This document shows positions 1 through 9,002 of a stretch of DNA of 64,000 bases, piece after piece. The DNA is taken from positions 397,378-461,377 of the forward strand of contig CAVUAA010000002.1 of the NCBI GenBank assembly GCA_963739345.1, in the 5' to 3' direction. How positions within the stretch are numbered: position 1 is the first letter of the stretch; the number at the start of each line of letters is the position of its first letter. This stretch comes from an uncultured Verrucomicrobiae bacterium (GTDB lineage Bacteria; Chlamydiota; Chlamydiia; Chlamydiales; JAFEGQ01). Below the pieces are notes generated by a model. That model worked only from the letters and a program-made list of their open reading frames with translations. It was not told the DNA's origin and made no database searches. The translations under genes were made by a program, and so were the position numbers.

Positions 1-520
1 CCCCAGTCAGGTCGGCCTGGGTGCAAAAATCGTCAGTGAGCTTTTGGATCTCTTTTTCGTTGCGGTGCATGGCGTCTTCGGCGATCTCACCAGAAGTCTT
101 CATCTCACGCGACTGCTCATTGAACTTACGCCTAGTGTTGCGAATGGATACTTTGGCCTCTTCGCACCGCTTTTTGGCCTGCTTGACCATCTCCTTGCGG
201 ACCGACTCGTCCATCGGTGGTTGGAGGACCCGGACGACGTTTCCTTCGGTGATTATCTGTACACCCAGGTTGGCCTTCTCGAGAGATTTGCCGATTGTAT
301 TTGAGTTGTTGGCGTCAAAGGGAGTGATAAGGAGCTGTTGCGCCTCGGGGGAGGTGATGCTCGCCAGATCGGATAGGCGCATGTTGGTGCCATACACTTC
401 TATCTGCACCCCTTCGACCATTCCCGGGTTGGCCCGTCCTGTCCGGATGTTGCGGAGTTCGTTTTTGAGGTGCTCGATCGCACTCTGCATCTCTTTACGC
501 GTTTCATTGATCAGAGTCAT
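1..520 (-). CDS. frr: Ribosome recycling factor (3' end outside window)
   Basis: Manual translation MTLINETRKEMQSAIEHLKNELRNIRTGRANPG; ATGA overlap with pyrH stop; rpsB-tsf-pyrH-frr order. Confidence 0.95.
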   Translation of the reverse strand, partial: MTLINETRKEMQSAIEHLKNELRNIRTGRANPGMVEGVQIEVYGTNMRLSDLASITSPEAQQLLITPFDANNSNTIGKSLEKANLGVQIITEGNVVRVLQPPMDESVRKEMVKQAKKRCEEAKVSIRNTRRKFNEQSREMKTSGEIAEDAMHRNEKEIQKLTDDFCTQADLTG

Positions 521-1209
521 GATACTAATGTCCCGTGGTTTTCATTCATCACCCCCTCCCAGAGAGAGTCGAGAGAGAACACTTTAATTGGAATTTGGTT
601 TTCCTGACACATTGAAATGGCAGTCGCGTCCATCACCTTCAGACCCAGTTCAAGTGCCTTGAGGTATCCAAGCTTGTCGAAACGGACTGCATCCTTGTAC
701 TTCATCGGGTCCTTGTCGTAGACGCCGTCCACCTTCGTCCCTTTCAGAAGGACATCTGCTTCAATTTGCGCGGCGCGCAGAGCAGCGTTAGTGTCGGTGG
801 TGAAGAATGGATTTCCTGTTCCCCCTGCAAAGACAACGATCACTCCCTGGTCGAGCAGTCGCAAGCTCCGCTTCCAGTCGAAAGCCTCGACCACCTCGGT
901 CGGGCCAAGAGCGCTCATGATTCGGGCGGGCGCACCCATCTGGTCGAGTGTCTGCTGGAGAGAAATTCCATTGATCACGGTGGCGAGCATGCCGATGTGG
1001 TCGGCTGGCACGCGGGCCATCCCTAGCTCCACCCCTTGGGCGCCGCGGAAGATGTTGCCGCCGCCGATTACCACACCGATCTGCACTCCAGCCTCTTGCA
1101 GCTTCTTCAGCTGTCCGGCGAGCGCCTTGCACTTCTCGGGGTCGACCGTGTACTTGCCATCCCCTGAAAGTGCTTCGCCGGAGAGCTTAAGCAGAACGCG
1201 CCGATACAA
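517..1209 (-). CDS. pyrH: UMP kinase
   Basis: RVLLKLSGEAL, GGGNIFRG, GNPFFTTD motifs. Confidence 0.97.
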   Translation of the reverse strand: MYRRVLLKLSGEALSGDGKYTVDPEKCKALAGQLKKLQEAGVQIGVVIGGGNIFRGAQGVELGMARVPADHIGMLATVINGISLQQTLDQMGAPARIMSALGPTEVVEAFDWKRSLRLLDQGVIVVFAGGTGNPFFTTDTNAALRAAQIEADVLLKGTKVDGVYDKDPMKYKDAVRFDKLGYLKALELGLKVMDATAISMCQENQIPIKVFSLDSLWEGVMNENHGTLVS

Positions 1210-1210
1210 G

Positions 1211-2065
1211 TTACGCGCCCACTTGCCAGCGGATGAACGACTTCACCGCTAGTGGTTTGCCCTTATCCTTACCTGCTTTCTCGACCAGCTTGCCGATCGT
1301 GGTATCCGGATTTTTGATGAACTTCTGGTGGAGAAGGCACACCTGGTCGTACCAAGAGCGCAGTTTCCCCTCGATAATTTTGTCCATGATGTTCGCAGGC
1401 TTACCCTTCACCTGCTCGCGGGCGATCTCCTCTTCGCGCTGGCGAGATTCCTCAGGAATCTCGTCGGACGAAAGGAATTCAGGTGATTCAGCAGCGATGT
1501 GCATCGCGATATCACGGGCCAACTCTTCCTCTCCGCGGCTGCCAACCAGCTCCACCACACAGAGAATTTTTCCACCCATGTGAGAGTAGACGCCGATGGA
1601 GGTGTCTGGACCTTTGGCATAAGTTTTCAGTCGGCTGATCTGAATGTTCTCGCCCAAACTTTGAACCGTCTCGGCCCGCATCTGGTCGATGGTCACCGCT
1701 GTGTCTTGTGAGTAGGACTGTGCTAAAAAGGCGTCTACCGATTCGGGTCTGGACTTGGCAGCCTCGCTGGCCACCGTGGCAGCAAACTTTTGGAAGCCGT
1801 CATTCTTCACAACGAAGTCGGTCTCGGCATTCACTTCGACCACAGCAACTGTCTCGCCCTCTTCAGCAGAGACGACGATTCCCTCGCTCGTCTCTCGACC
1901 GGCTTTTTTCACAGCCGAAGCCATTCCAGTTTTGCGGAGGTGATCGATTGCCGCTTCAATATCGCCGTTAGCTTCTGTCAGCGCCTCTTTGCACTTCCCG
2001 ATCCCAATTCCGGTTCGAGCGCGAAGCTCTTTGACCATTTCTGATGTGATTTCAACTGCCATCAC
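1211..2065 (-). CDS. tsf: Elongation factor Ts
   Basis: VKELRARTG, EVNAETDFV, IAMHIAA motifs. Confidence 0.97.
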   Translation of the reverse strand: MMAVEITSEMVKELRARTGIGIGKCKEALTEANGDIEAAIDHLRKTGMASAVKKAGRETSEGIVVSAEEGETVAVVEVNAETDFVVKNDGFQKFAATVASEAAKSRPESVDAFLAQSYSQDTAVTIDQMRAETVQSLGENIQISRLKTYAKGPDTSIGVYSHMGGKILCVVELVGSRGEEELARDIAMHIAAESPEFLSSDEIPEESRQREEEIAREQVKGKPANIMDKIIEGKLRSWYDQVCLLHQKFIKNPDTTIGKLVEKAGKDKGKPLAVKSFIRWQVGA

Positions 2066-2820
2066 TCTGCTGCCTCCCCTTTCGCTTCCGCCTCTTTCTC
2101 CACGTTGCGACGCTTCTGCTTCACTTCGATGATTGCTTCTGCCAGCTCTTGAACAATGAGTTTGATGCTCTTGAGTGCATCGTCGTTGCAGGCGATCACA
2201 TAGTCGATCGGGTCAGGGTCGCAGTTGGTGTCGGTGAGGGCCATCACTGGAATGCCCAGCTTATTGGCTTCTGCAACTGCAATGTGCTCCCGCTCGGGAT
2301 CGACCACCACCACTAGCCCAGGAGGCTTGCGCATGGCGCGGATGCCTGAAAGGTTCCGGTCTAGCTTGATTTGCAATTTCGTTGCCAGCACCAGCTCTTT
2401 TTTCGTTGCAGCTTCAGAACCTGCAATTTGCTTCTCAATACGGTCGAGCTTTTTGATCGAGTTACGAATAGTGGGTAGGTTGGTCAGCATGCCGCCGAGC
2501 CACCGTTCTGCAACGTAGAACTCGTCGCAATGTTCGGCCGCTTCGCGGATCACATCTTTCGCCTGCTTCTTCGTCCCAACGAACAGAATAGATTTGTTAT
2601 TTGCCGTCGTTTGACGGACCACATCAACAGCCTCTCTTAGCTGCTGCATCGTCTTCGCGAGATCGATAATATAGAGTCCGTTGCGCGCCTCAAAGATGAA
2701 TCGTTTCATCTTCGGATTCCAACGGTCAGTTTTGTGCCCAAAGTGTGCTGCTGCGTCGAGCAGGTCCTTTAGAGTTACCTTCAATGGGGTAGTTTTTTCT
2801 TCTGTTGCCAAGCCTTGCAC
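2062..2820 (-). CDS. rpsB: 30S ribosomal protein S2
   Basis: AHFGHKTDRWNPKM, RWLGGMLTN, DTNCDPD motifs. Confidence 0.97.
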   Translation of the reverse strand: MQGLATEEKTTPLKVTLKDLLDAAAHFGHKTDRWNPKMKRFIFEARNGLYIIDLAKTMQQLREAVDVVRQTTANNKSILFVGTKKQAKDVIREAAEHCDEFYVAERWLGGMLTNLPTIRNSIKKLDRIEKQIAGSEAATKKELVLATKLQIKLDRNLSGIRAMRKPPGLVVVVDPEREHIAVAEANKLGIPVMALTDTNCDPDPIDYVIACNDDALKSIKLIVQELAEAIIEVKQKRRNVEKEAEAKGEAAE

Positions 2821-2942
2821 CTCCTTAAAATTACGGCATCTCAGCTCTGAATGTCTGAGATTTCGGTCTTGGATCCCATTGCTGGGTAGCGGTGGTGTTG
2901 CGTAAATCCGAGAGACGAATTGTGCCGGGCTTTGGCTCTGGG

Positions 2943-2999
2943 GTGGAAGCAGACATGCGTCGCTTACTCATGCGAGTAGGGGTGCATGTCTGCTTCCAC
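2943..2999. repeat. Long hairpin between tRNA-Gly and rpsB
   Basis: 16-bp perfect inverted repeat GTGGAAGCAGACATGC...GCATGTCTGCTTCCAC with inner TACTC/GAGTA stem. Confidence 0.7.
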
Positions 3000-3057
3000 A
3001 ACCAGGGCCAAATGCCGGCGCAAGGCGTCCTCGGTATTTATGCAATACCGCCGCTAA

Positions 3058-3128
3058 AGCGCCTGGTCGGAATCGAACCGACACCAGTAGCTTGGAAGGC
3101 TACGGTTCTACCGTTGAACTACAGGCGC
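3058..3128 (-). tRNA. tRNA-Gly(TCC), CCA not encoded
   Basis: Acceptor stem GCGCCTG/CAGGCGC, anticodon loop CTTCCAA, GGTTCGATTCC T-arm. Confidence 0.95.
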
Positions 3129-3156
3129 GCAAGAAGAGGAGTATGTCTTGCGAGCT

Positions 3157-3230
3157 CTTTTTTGGCAATCTACTTCGCCTCACTCTCAAAAGCAGGCGTC
3201 ATAGGGGGAGAGAGGGTAGTAATCTTGGGC
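3157..3230. mobile_element. Truncated/rearranged copy of the MITE-like repeat
   Basis: Contains TTTGGCAATCTACTTCGCCTC plus reverse complement of the element's left arm (CAAAAGCAGGCGTCATAGGGGGAGAGAGGGTAGTAATCTTGGGC). Confidence 0.7.
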
Positions 3231-3287
3231 AAAGAAAAAAAATATAACGGGTAAAAAAATGCTTTCGCCTACCGCGCGGGCTCGTCT

Positions 3288-3977
3288 ATGATCACGGAGA
3301 CCAACAAACTGCTCATGATTCGATCTTTTGTTCTCCAACTCCTCTCGCTTCTCTTTTGCGCTCAGCTGTTCGCTGTCGATTTCAACCGTGACGGCGACTT
3401 CCAAATCTGGCTCTACACCGCGCTAAACAAGAAAATTTCTGAAAATGCGAAGATCACTTTCGAGCCTGAAGTTCGATTCGCTGACAACGCCTCCACCCTT
3501 TACCTCTACTACTTTCAGTCCCGTCTTCACATTAATATCAATCCATGGCTCGACGTTGCAGGCGGTTATCGGCAGCAGTTTGTCCGTAGGTCGAGCGAGG
3601 AAAAGTGGCGGAATATCTCGATTCCGATGGCTGATGTTTTTTTGAAACGGACCTTTTGTAAAGTTGCTTTTGACTTGCGTAACCGGATTCAGTATGCGAT
3701 TCTCAGCAGCCGCGCCCCCCTATGGGTCTACCGGCAGAGGTACCGCTTCACCACCCCTATCGACATGGGACGTTTCACCCTCAAGCCGGTCATCTGGGAC
3801 GAGATTTTCTTCGCCCAAAGACGGGGCTTCTTTGAAAACCGCATCTCCGTTGGAGTCAGCGTTCTCCCTGGAAACGGCTTGACCTTGACAGCCCTCTACA
3901 CGTTCCGTGATATCAAAATTGCTCAGGAGTGGAGGCACAACGATGTTATCTATCTTTGGATTACCTATGATTTTTAG
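3288..3977 (+). CDS. Putative outer-membrane beta-barrel protein (DUF2490-like); start may be 3315
   Basis: Signal peptide, amphipathic beta strands, RQRYRF / DEIFF / ENRISVG motifs, C-terminal Phe. Confidence 0.75.
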   Translation: MITETNKLLMIRSFVLQLLSLLFCAQLFAVDFNRDGDFQIWLYTALNKKISENAKITFEPEVRFADNASTLYLYYFQSRLHININPWLDVAGGYRQQFVRRSSEEKWRNISIPMADVFLKRTFCKVAFDLRNRIQYAILSSRAPLWVYRQRYRFTTPIDMGRFTLKPVIWDEIFFAQRRGFFENRISVGVSVLPGNGLTLTALYTFRDIKIAQEWRHNDVIYLWITYDF

Positions 3978-3985
3978 AGACTGAA

Positions 3986-5149
3986 ATGGCGCAACTTTTG
4001 TTTTTACTTGGGATACTCGTTGCCCTCTTCCTGGGGCTCAAGGCACTCCTCAAGGTTGTCCGCCTCCCGCCCATCGCCGGCTATCTGGTTCTTGGATGGC
4101 TTCTCCGCTATGTCGGACAGGAGCTCGATTTGATCACTCCGCAGCTGGAAGGGACGCTCCTTGTTCTCTCCAACATCGGCATTAGCTTCCTCCTCTTCCA
4201 CGTTGGCCTCGAGACCCACATCAGGCGGCTCGCCCGCTATCTTGGGCGGGCCGGCATCGTCGCTGCTTCTGAAATTTTCACAAGTGGCCTACTCGGGTTT
4301 CTTACTGCCTATTTCTTCGGTCTTTCTCTTACCGCCAGCCTCTTCATCGGTGTTGCTCTAACCGCCACTAGTATCGCGGTCTCAACCGCTGCCTGGTCCG
4401 ATACCGATCTCTCAAAGACTAGAGCGGGAACCATTCTCCTTGATCTGGCGATCATCGATGACATTGTCGCCATTCTTCTCATGGCTATTCTTTTCAGCTT
4501 CATCCCCTTTGATCAGCTCGATGGCCTGCTCATCTGGAAGGATATCAGCTTCTTTGTTCTCAAGTTCGCCACTCTGATTCTTCTTTGCTACCTCTTCGCC
4601 CGCTTTGTTGAGCCTACCCTCGTCAAAGAGGTCGTCAAGTATGAGCGGATGCCTGACTCCATGCTTACCGTCCTCGGCCTCGGCCTCATCATCGCCGCCA
4701 TCGCCGCCCTTCTTGGCTTCTCCTTCGCCATTGGCGCCTTCTTCGCCGGCATTGCCTTCAGCCGCGACCCCCAAGCGGTTCGGATGGACGCCTCGATGCA
4801 GACCGTCCGCGACCTCTTTGTCCCCTTCTTTTTCTTCTGGATTGGATTTCAAGTCTCTTTCGCCGCGCTGGAGGGTGTGTGGTTGTTTGCTCTCGTCCTC
4901 GTCATCGCAGCCATCGCCGGCAAGTTCATTGGCACCTGGATCCCCACTCGCCTCGTCGGCCTAGCTGCCCGCCCTGCCACCCTCGTTGCTCTTGCCACCA
5001 TCCCCCGCGCCAGCATTGCCCTAGTCATCATTGAGAGGGGACTTGAGATGGGCGTTGTTCCGGAGGCCGCCTACACCGCCCTTGTCCTTATTAGCCTAGT
5101 CACTTGTATTGGGACGCCTCTGATTCTACGACGCGCTAGGCTGGCGTAA
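3986..5149 (+). CDS. Cation:proton antiporter (CPA2 family)
   Basis: ~12 TM segments; LLFHVGLE, ATSIAV, AIIDD motifs. Confidence 0.88.
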   Translation: MAQLLFLLGILVALFLGLKALLKVVRLPPIAGYLVLGWLLRYVGQELDLITPQLEGTLLVLSNIGISFLLFHVGLETHIRRLARYLGRAGIVAASEIFTSGLLGFLTAYFFGLSLTASLFIGVALTATSIAVSTAAWSDTDLSKTRAGTILLDLAIIDDIVAILLMAILFSFIPFDQLDGLLIWKDISFFVLKFATLILLCYLFARFVEPTLVKEVVKYERMPDSMLTVLGLGLIIAAIAALLGFSFAIGAFFAGIAFSRDPQAVRMDASMQTVRDLFVPFFFFWIGFQVSFAALEGVWLFALVLVIAAIAGKFIGTWIPTRLVGLAARPATLVALATIPRASIALVIIERGLEMGVVPEAAYTALVLISLVTCIGTPLILRRARLA

Positions 5150-5671
5150 TTTCCAATAGACTTGTCCCGTCCCAATGCCCCCTTCCATCAACCGAGTGGC
5201 TGCGATGAGCATTGGCGAAAAACCGACCCCCTCCAGCCCCCCGCTCACCAGGGTGAGCGCCCGCCGCAGACAGGTAGCGCCCTGATCGAGGCGATGCTTT
5301 TCGTCAGGACTTGCTGCCCGGCGCCCCGCCTGCAGACCCATCAAGAAGATGGCCGCCCCCCCTTGTGCGTTGGCCACCCCGTTGAAGAGAGCTCCCAGCT
5401 CCACTCCGCTGATTTTTTGAAACACCTTCCCCGACATCAGCATCCCGCCCGAAAGGCGCATCATACTCGTGAACGGTCTCTTCCCCCACCCCTCGCCACC
5501 TTTCTGGAAGAGGGAGGGAATGAGGAGAGGGAGCTTGAGATGGCCGCACGCCCAGCTGATCTCCTCGAAGCCGGCGAGCTTCGCTCCCGCGCCGATGAAG
5601 CTAGCTAGGGTCGACATATCGGCCATCACCCCACAAATCTCACCATTTGATCCATTTTTCATGCCCAACAT
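5126..5671 (-). CDS. Hypothetical membrane protein
   Basis: 181-aa ORF with several moderately hydrophobic segments; no recognised motif. Confidence 0.5.
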   Translation of the reverse strand: MLGMKNGSNGEICGVMADMSTLASFIGAGAKLAGFEEISWACGHLKLPLLIPSLFQKGGEGWGKRPFTSMMRLSGGMLMSGKVFQKISGVELGALFNGVANAQGGAAIFLMGLQAGRRAASPDEKHRLDQGATCLRRALTLVSGGLEGVGFSPMLIAATRLMEGGIGTGQVYWKLRQPSAS

Positions 5672-5733
5672 TATGCCTATTTACCCCTTAAATTGACAGA
5701 AGAACAAACTTATGACACGATGAAGACAAACAG

Positions 5734-6531
5734 ATGACAAATAATTCTATCCTACTGAAAATTAGCGAGATAGAGAGGGCGTGCGGTCGCCTCGAGGGGC
5801 TCAAGCTTCCAAGCGCCCTCCGGCCCATCCTCGAGCGACCAATCCCCACGCCCCCCCTGTCAGAGACCTGGTTCCTCGAAGCCCACCGCCACTTCATCCC
5901 TACCGGCGGCTCCTACCGCACCGATCAGGTCTACCTCTCCGACCCTGATACCGGCCTCATCCACTACATCCCCCCCGCCCCCGAGCAGATCGCCCCCCTC
6001 ATGCAAGAGCTTCTCAGCTGGCTCTCAGACTCCAGCGATCACCCCCTCCTCTTTGCCGCCACCGCCCACTTCCGCCTCGTCCAGATCCATCCCTTCCTCA
6101 ATGGCAACGGCCGCCTTGCTCGTCACCTCACCACCCACATTCTCACCCACGCAGGCTACCCCTACCTTCACCTCGCCACCCTTGCCCGCGACCGCCCGGG
6201 CTACTATCAGGCGCTCCAAGCCGTCCGCGACCAAGAGCTCAACCTCGCCCCTTGGCACCACTACTTCCTCTCCCACCTCCACACCCAGCTCACCCACCTC
6301 CACACTCGCCTTCTCACCACCCTTGCCCCCAACCTCGATCCGCGGGCACAGCAAGTCCTTGGCTACGCCCTCCACGCCACTCAGTTCACTCTCTCTGATC
6401 TTGAAGCTGAATTCCCCACCCATCACTGCCGTACCTGGCAGCGCGCCCTCCGCACTCTCCTCGATCGCCAACTACTCCAGGCAAGCGGCGCTACAAACCG
6501 CCGGACCTACTCTCTATCTTCCCGAGTGTGA
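5734..6531 (+). CDS. Fic-domain protein with C-terminal winged HTH
   Basis: Canonical HPFLNGNGRLAR Fic motif; C-terminal RTWQRALRTLLDRQLLQASGATNRRTY. Confidence 0.9.
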   Translation: MTNNSILLKISEIERACGRLEGLKLPSALRPILERPIPTPPLSETWFLEAHRHFIPTGGSYRTDQVYLSDPDTGLIHYIPPAPEQIAPLMQELLSWLSDSSDHPLLFAATAHFRLVQIHPFLNGNGRLARHLTTHILTHAGYPYLHLATLARDRPGYYQALQAVRDQELNLAPWHHYFLSHLHTQLTHLHTRLLTTLAPNLDPRAQQVLGYALHATQFTLSDLEAEFPTHHCRTWQRALRTLLDRQLLQASGATNRRTYSLSSRV

Positions 6532-6626
6532 TTCTTTGGATGTATGCGCCTGGAGACGTCTAGATAATAACCCCGGCGGCAGGCCCTTGGCCTTTCGGCT
6601 CTTTTCGGGTGCAAATGGGGATTTCA

Positions 6627-6694
6627 AGTAGAGGGTCAGGCCTGACATTTGGACATTAGGAGTAGAGGGTCAGGCCTGACATTTGGACATTAGG
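6627..6694. repeat. Exact 34-bp tandem duplication with internal palindrome GTCAGGCCTGAC
   Basis: AGTAGAGGGTCAGGCCTGACATTTGGACATTAGG at 6627-6660 and 6661-6694. Confidence 0.95.
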
Positions 6695-6710
6695 CGGTGC
6701 GGAAGAGGGC

Positions 6711-6770
6711 CGCGCTCTTATTGATCGGCAACTCATCACGACAAGCGGCGAAACTAATCGTCGCTGTTAC
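6711..6770 (+). pseudogene. 3' remnant of a second Fic-wHTH paralogue
   Basis: Translates RALIDRQLITTSGETNRRCY versus Fic C-terminus RTLLDRQLLQASGATNRRTY. Confidence 0.7.
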
Positions 6771-7114
6771 GCGATGAGGCGTTGCTCTTTTTCGGTGAGG
6801 TAGACGTTTAGCGCTTCTTGAATGTATCGATTGAGGCTAACGCCGTGCGCCTTGGCGGCTTTTGTGAGTTGTGCGTGGAGGGCGGGATCGATTCTCAGGT
6901 TGAATCGTCCTGAAAAGGGCTTTTCAGGCTCTTTGTTTCGTTCCTTGCACCACTCCAGGTAGTCGTCGATGGACTCTTGAAAAGCAGACTCGATTTCATC
7001 CACAGAGGTGCCTTGAAAGGTGATCACCGCTCGAACGCCGATCACTTCCCCATGAAACAGCTTAGCCTCGTCATCATAGATGACATGTCCTACATATCCT
7101 TTGTACTTCAACAT
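6767..7114 (-). CDS. hicB: HicB family antitoxin
   Basis: LKYKGY, FHGEVIG, ITFQG, PEKPFSGRFNLRI, SLN motifs. Confidence 0.92.
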   Translation of the reverse strand: MLKYKGYVGHVIYDDEAKLFHGEVIGVRAVITFQGTSVDEIESAFQESIDDYLEWCKERNKEPEKPFSGRFNLRIDPALHAQLTKAAKAHGVSLNRYIQEALNVYLTEKEQRLIA

Positions 7115-7365
7115 GGCTTCACTCCTGTGTTTTCCAAAAAGCGCCTCATCGACACCACCGCCCCTTTATCCGTCTCTTTTTGAGGGTGTGGTCTATGAAA
7201 CACTGCTTCCTCCCCATTCAAGAGAATACGCACTCTCGATCCCCTTCCCTCGCTAATCTCGGCTCCTACCGCTTGTAACATCGTTTCGATGTCTTTCCAA
7301 ACAATGGAGGCTGAGACCGGACTTGCGAAAATCGCTTGGAGGGTCCGTTGATGCTTCCTCTTCAT
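7108..7365 (-). CDS. hicA: HicA family toxin
   Basis: EGRGSRV...FHRPHP motif; upstream of and overlapping hicB. Confidence 0.92.
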   Translation of the reverse strand: MKRKHQRTLQAIFASPVSASIVWKDIETMLQAVGAEISEGRGSRVRILLNGEEAVFHRPHPQKETDKGAVVSMRRFLENTGVKPC

Positions 7366-7432
7366 ACCCCTATGGTGTCATATCTGGTACTATTTCGCAA
7401 GGGTTAGGCCTTGGAATGTCTCAAGTCATTGA

Positions 7433-9001
7433 TTAGGAGGTGCGGAAGAGGGTCTGGATTTTGGCGCGGTGCGCCCAGAGCTGGTGGCTGCCGACTAGGA
7501 TGAGAGCGCTGGCGAGGAGGAGGTAGAGGGGGAGGTTACTTGGCGGTTTGAGACGAGCGGCGATCTCATGGTGCCCTTTTGCGATTGCGACGGTGTAGGC
7601 AGTGCTGCCGCTGTCGGAGCGAATGTTGATATCGGCTCCGGCTTCAAGGAGGAGATCGATGGATTGATTGCATCCGCGGAAGATAGCGTGCATCAGCGCG
7701 GTCTCACCATATTCGTTGGTTTCGTCGACATCGGACTGTTTATGTTGGAGGAGATAGGTCGCCAGACGGATGTGGCCCTTAATCGCGGCCGTAACCAGCT
7801 CCCCTTCATTGTTGAGAGCTTTGTTGCCGCCGAGAATCTCTGCCGTGAGCGGGTGTTTGTTTAGTTGGGCGATACGTAGCGCTCTCTCTTTATCCTCGGC
7901 CCCGAGCTCGAGGAGAGTCAATACGGCTTCCGTATGTCCGAGAGAGGCCGCGTGAGTCAGCGCTGTCGACTGCTGTGGCTTGCCGTTAACGTTGACACCT
8001 CGATTGACTAGCAGCTCAATTGCATCCGATTGATTGTTTTTGGCTGCCTCGAGGAGACCGCGGAGGGCTAGGGGGTGATTGGCGACTTGGCCGCCGTCGC
8101 AGACCTGGGACAAGATTGCGCCGAGGACACTCACTGCACCAGCCCCTGCCATGGCTAGCCAGCGCTCCTTCAATTCGCCTTTTTTTATCTTCTTTGCAAG
8201 AAACGGTAGCACGCCGATCTGGCCTCCCGTTGCTGCTGCGTTGAAAGCGGCCAGCAGAACCTCGGGACAGAATTTGTTCTGCAGGAGATGTTTGCACGCT
8301 TCAAGGTGACCGTAGTGGGCTGCCATCAGTAGAGCTGGAGTGGCGTTGAACTCTTCGGCATGGTGTTGCTGCACGGCCTTGATGATTTCGCAAAAGCTTC
8401 CCCCGCCGTCGAACTTGAACTTGTCGGCACCAATCTCAAAGAGCCATTTCATTGACTCTTGGTTGCCATGGCCTGCCGCACCGACCAGTGCATTAACCAA
8501 ATCGTAGTCTAGCTTTTTCTTATTCCAGAGATATTGGGCGACGTGGAGATGGGGTCCGGTGCACGCGCGGATGAAGGTCCGCCCGATGCTCTCGTCGTCG
8601 GCACCCAGCTTGATTAGCTGTTTGGCCCTTTCGAGTTCTCCACGCTGCGCGCCAAAGATTTCTAAGAGGGAGGAGCCCTGGGAATCTCTCGCATTGACCC
8701 ACATCCCCTCTGTGCCAAACTCTTGCTTGCTGGCTAAGATCTTGTTCACCAGCTTCATGGTGTCGTACTCGCGGCTTGCCAGTCCGTTTAGAACGAACGC
8801 GGGGAGATAGTTGGTGACAGTGGACTTGCCTTTGACCGCCTTACACCTCGCTTGCGCGTTGTGACCCGCCTCTTGGTAGATCTCAAATGCCGCTTGAATC
8901 GCTCCCAACTTCTCTTCGGCGAAGTCGAGTCGCTCGACGAGTTCGGCCGGCCACCAACGTTTGAGGTCCCTGGAGATTGTTATGGCGCTGCTCTCTTCCA
9001 T
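7433..9001 (-). CDS. Ankyrin-repeat protein with C-terminal TM segment (putative effector); start reassigned to MEESS
   Basis: TALTHAA, GETALMHA ankyrin motifs; hydrophobic tail; ATG at 9001 abuts upstream stop. Confidence 0.85.
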   Translation of the reverse strand: MEESSAITISRDLKRWWPAELVERLDFAEEKLGAIQAAFEIYQEAGHNAQARCKAVKGKSTVTNYLPAFVLNGLASREYDTMKLVNKILASKQEFGTEGMWVNARDSQGSSLLEIFGAQRGELERAKQLIKLGADDESIGRTFIRACTGPHLHVAQYLWNKKKLDYDLVNALVGAAGHGNQESMKWLFEIGADKFKFDGGGSFCEIIKAVQQHHAEEFNATPALLMAAHYGHLEACKHLLQNKFCPEVLLAAFNAAATGGQIGVLPFLAKKIKKGELKERWLAMAGAGAVSVLGAILSQVCDGGQVANHPLALRGLLEAAKNNQSDAIELLVNRGVNVNGKPQQSTALTHAASLGHTEAVLTLLELGAEDKERALRIAQLNKHPLTAEILGGNKALNNEGELVTAAIKGHIRLATYLLQHKQSDVDETNEYGETALMHAIFRGCNQSIDLLLEAGADINIRSDSGSTAYTVAIAKGHHEIAARLKPPSNLPLYLLLASALILVGSHQLWAHRAKIQTLFRTS

Positions 9002-9002
9002 C

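Noticed and set aside
6627-6694. CRISPR repeat pair
   Set aside because: Units are directly adjacent with no spacer.
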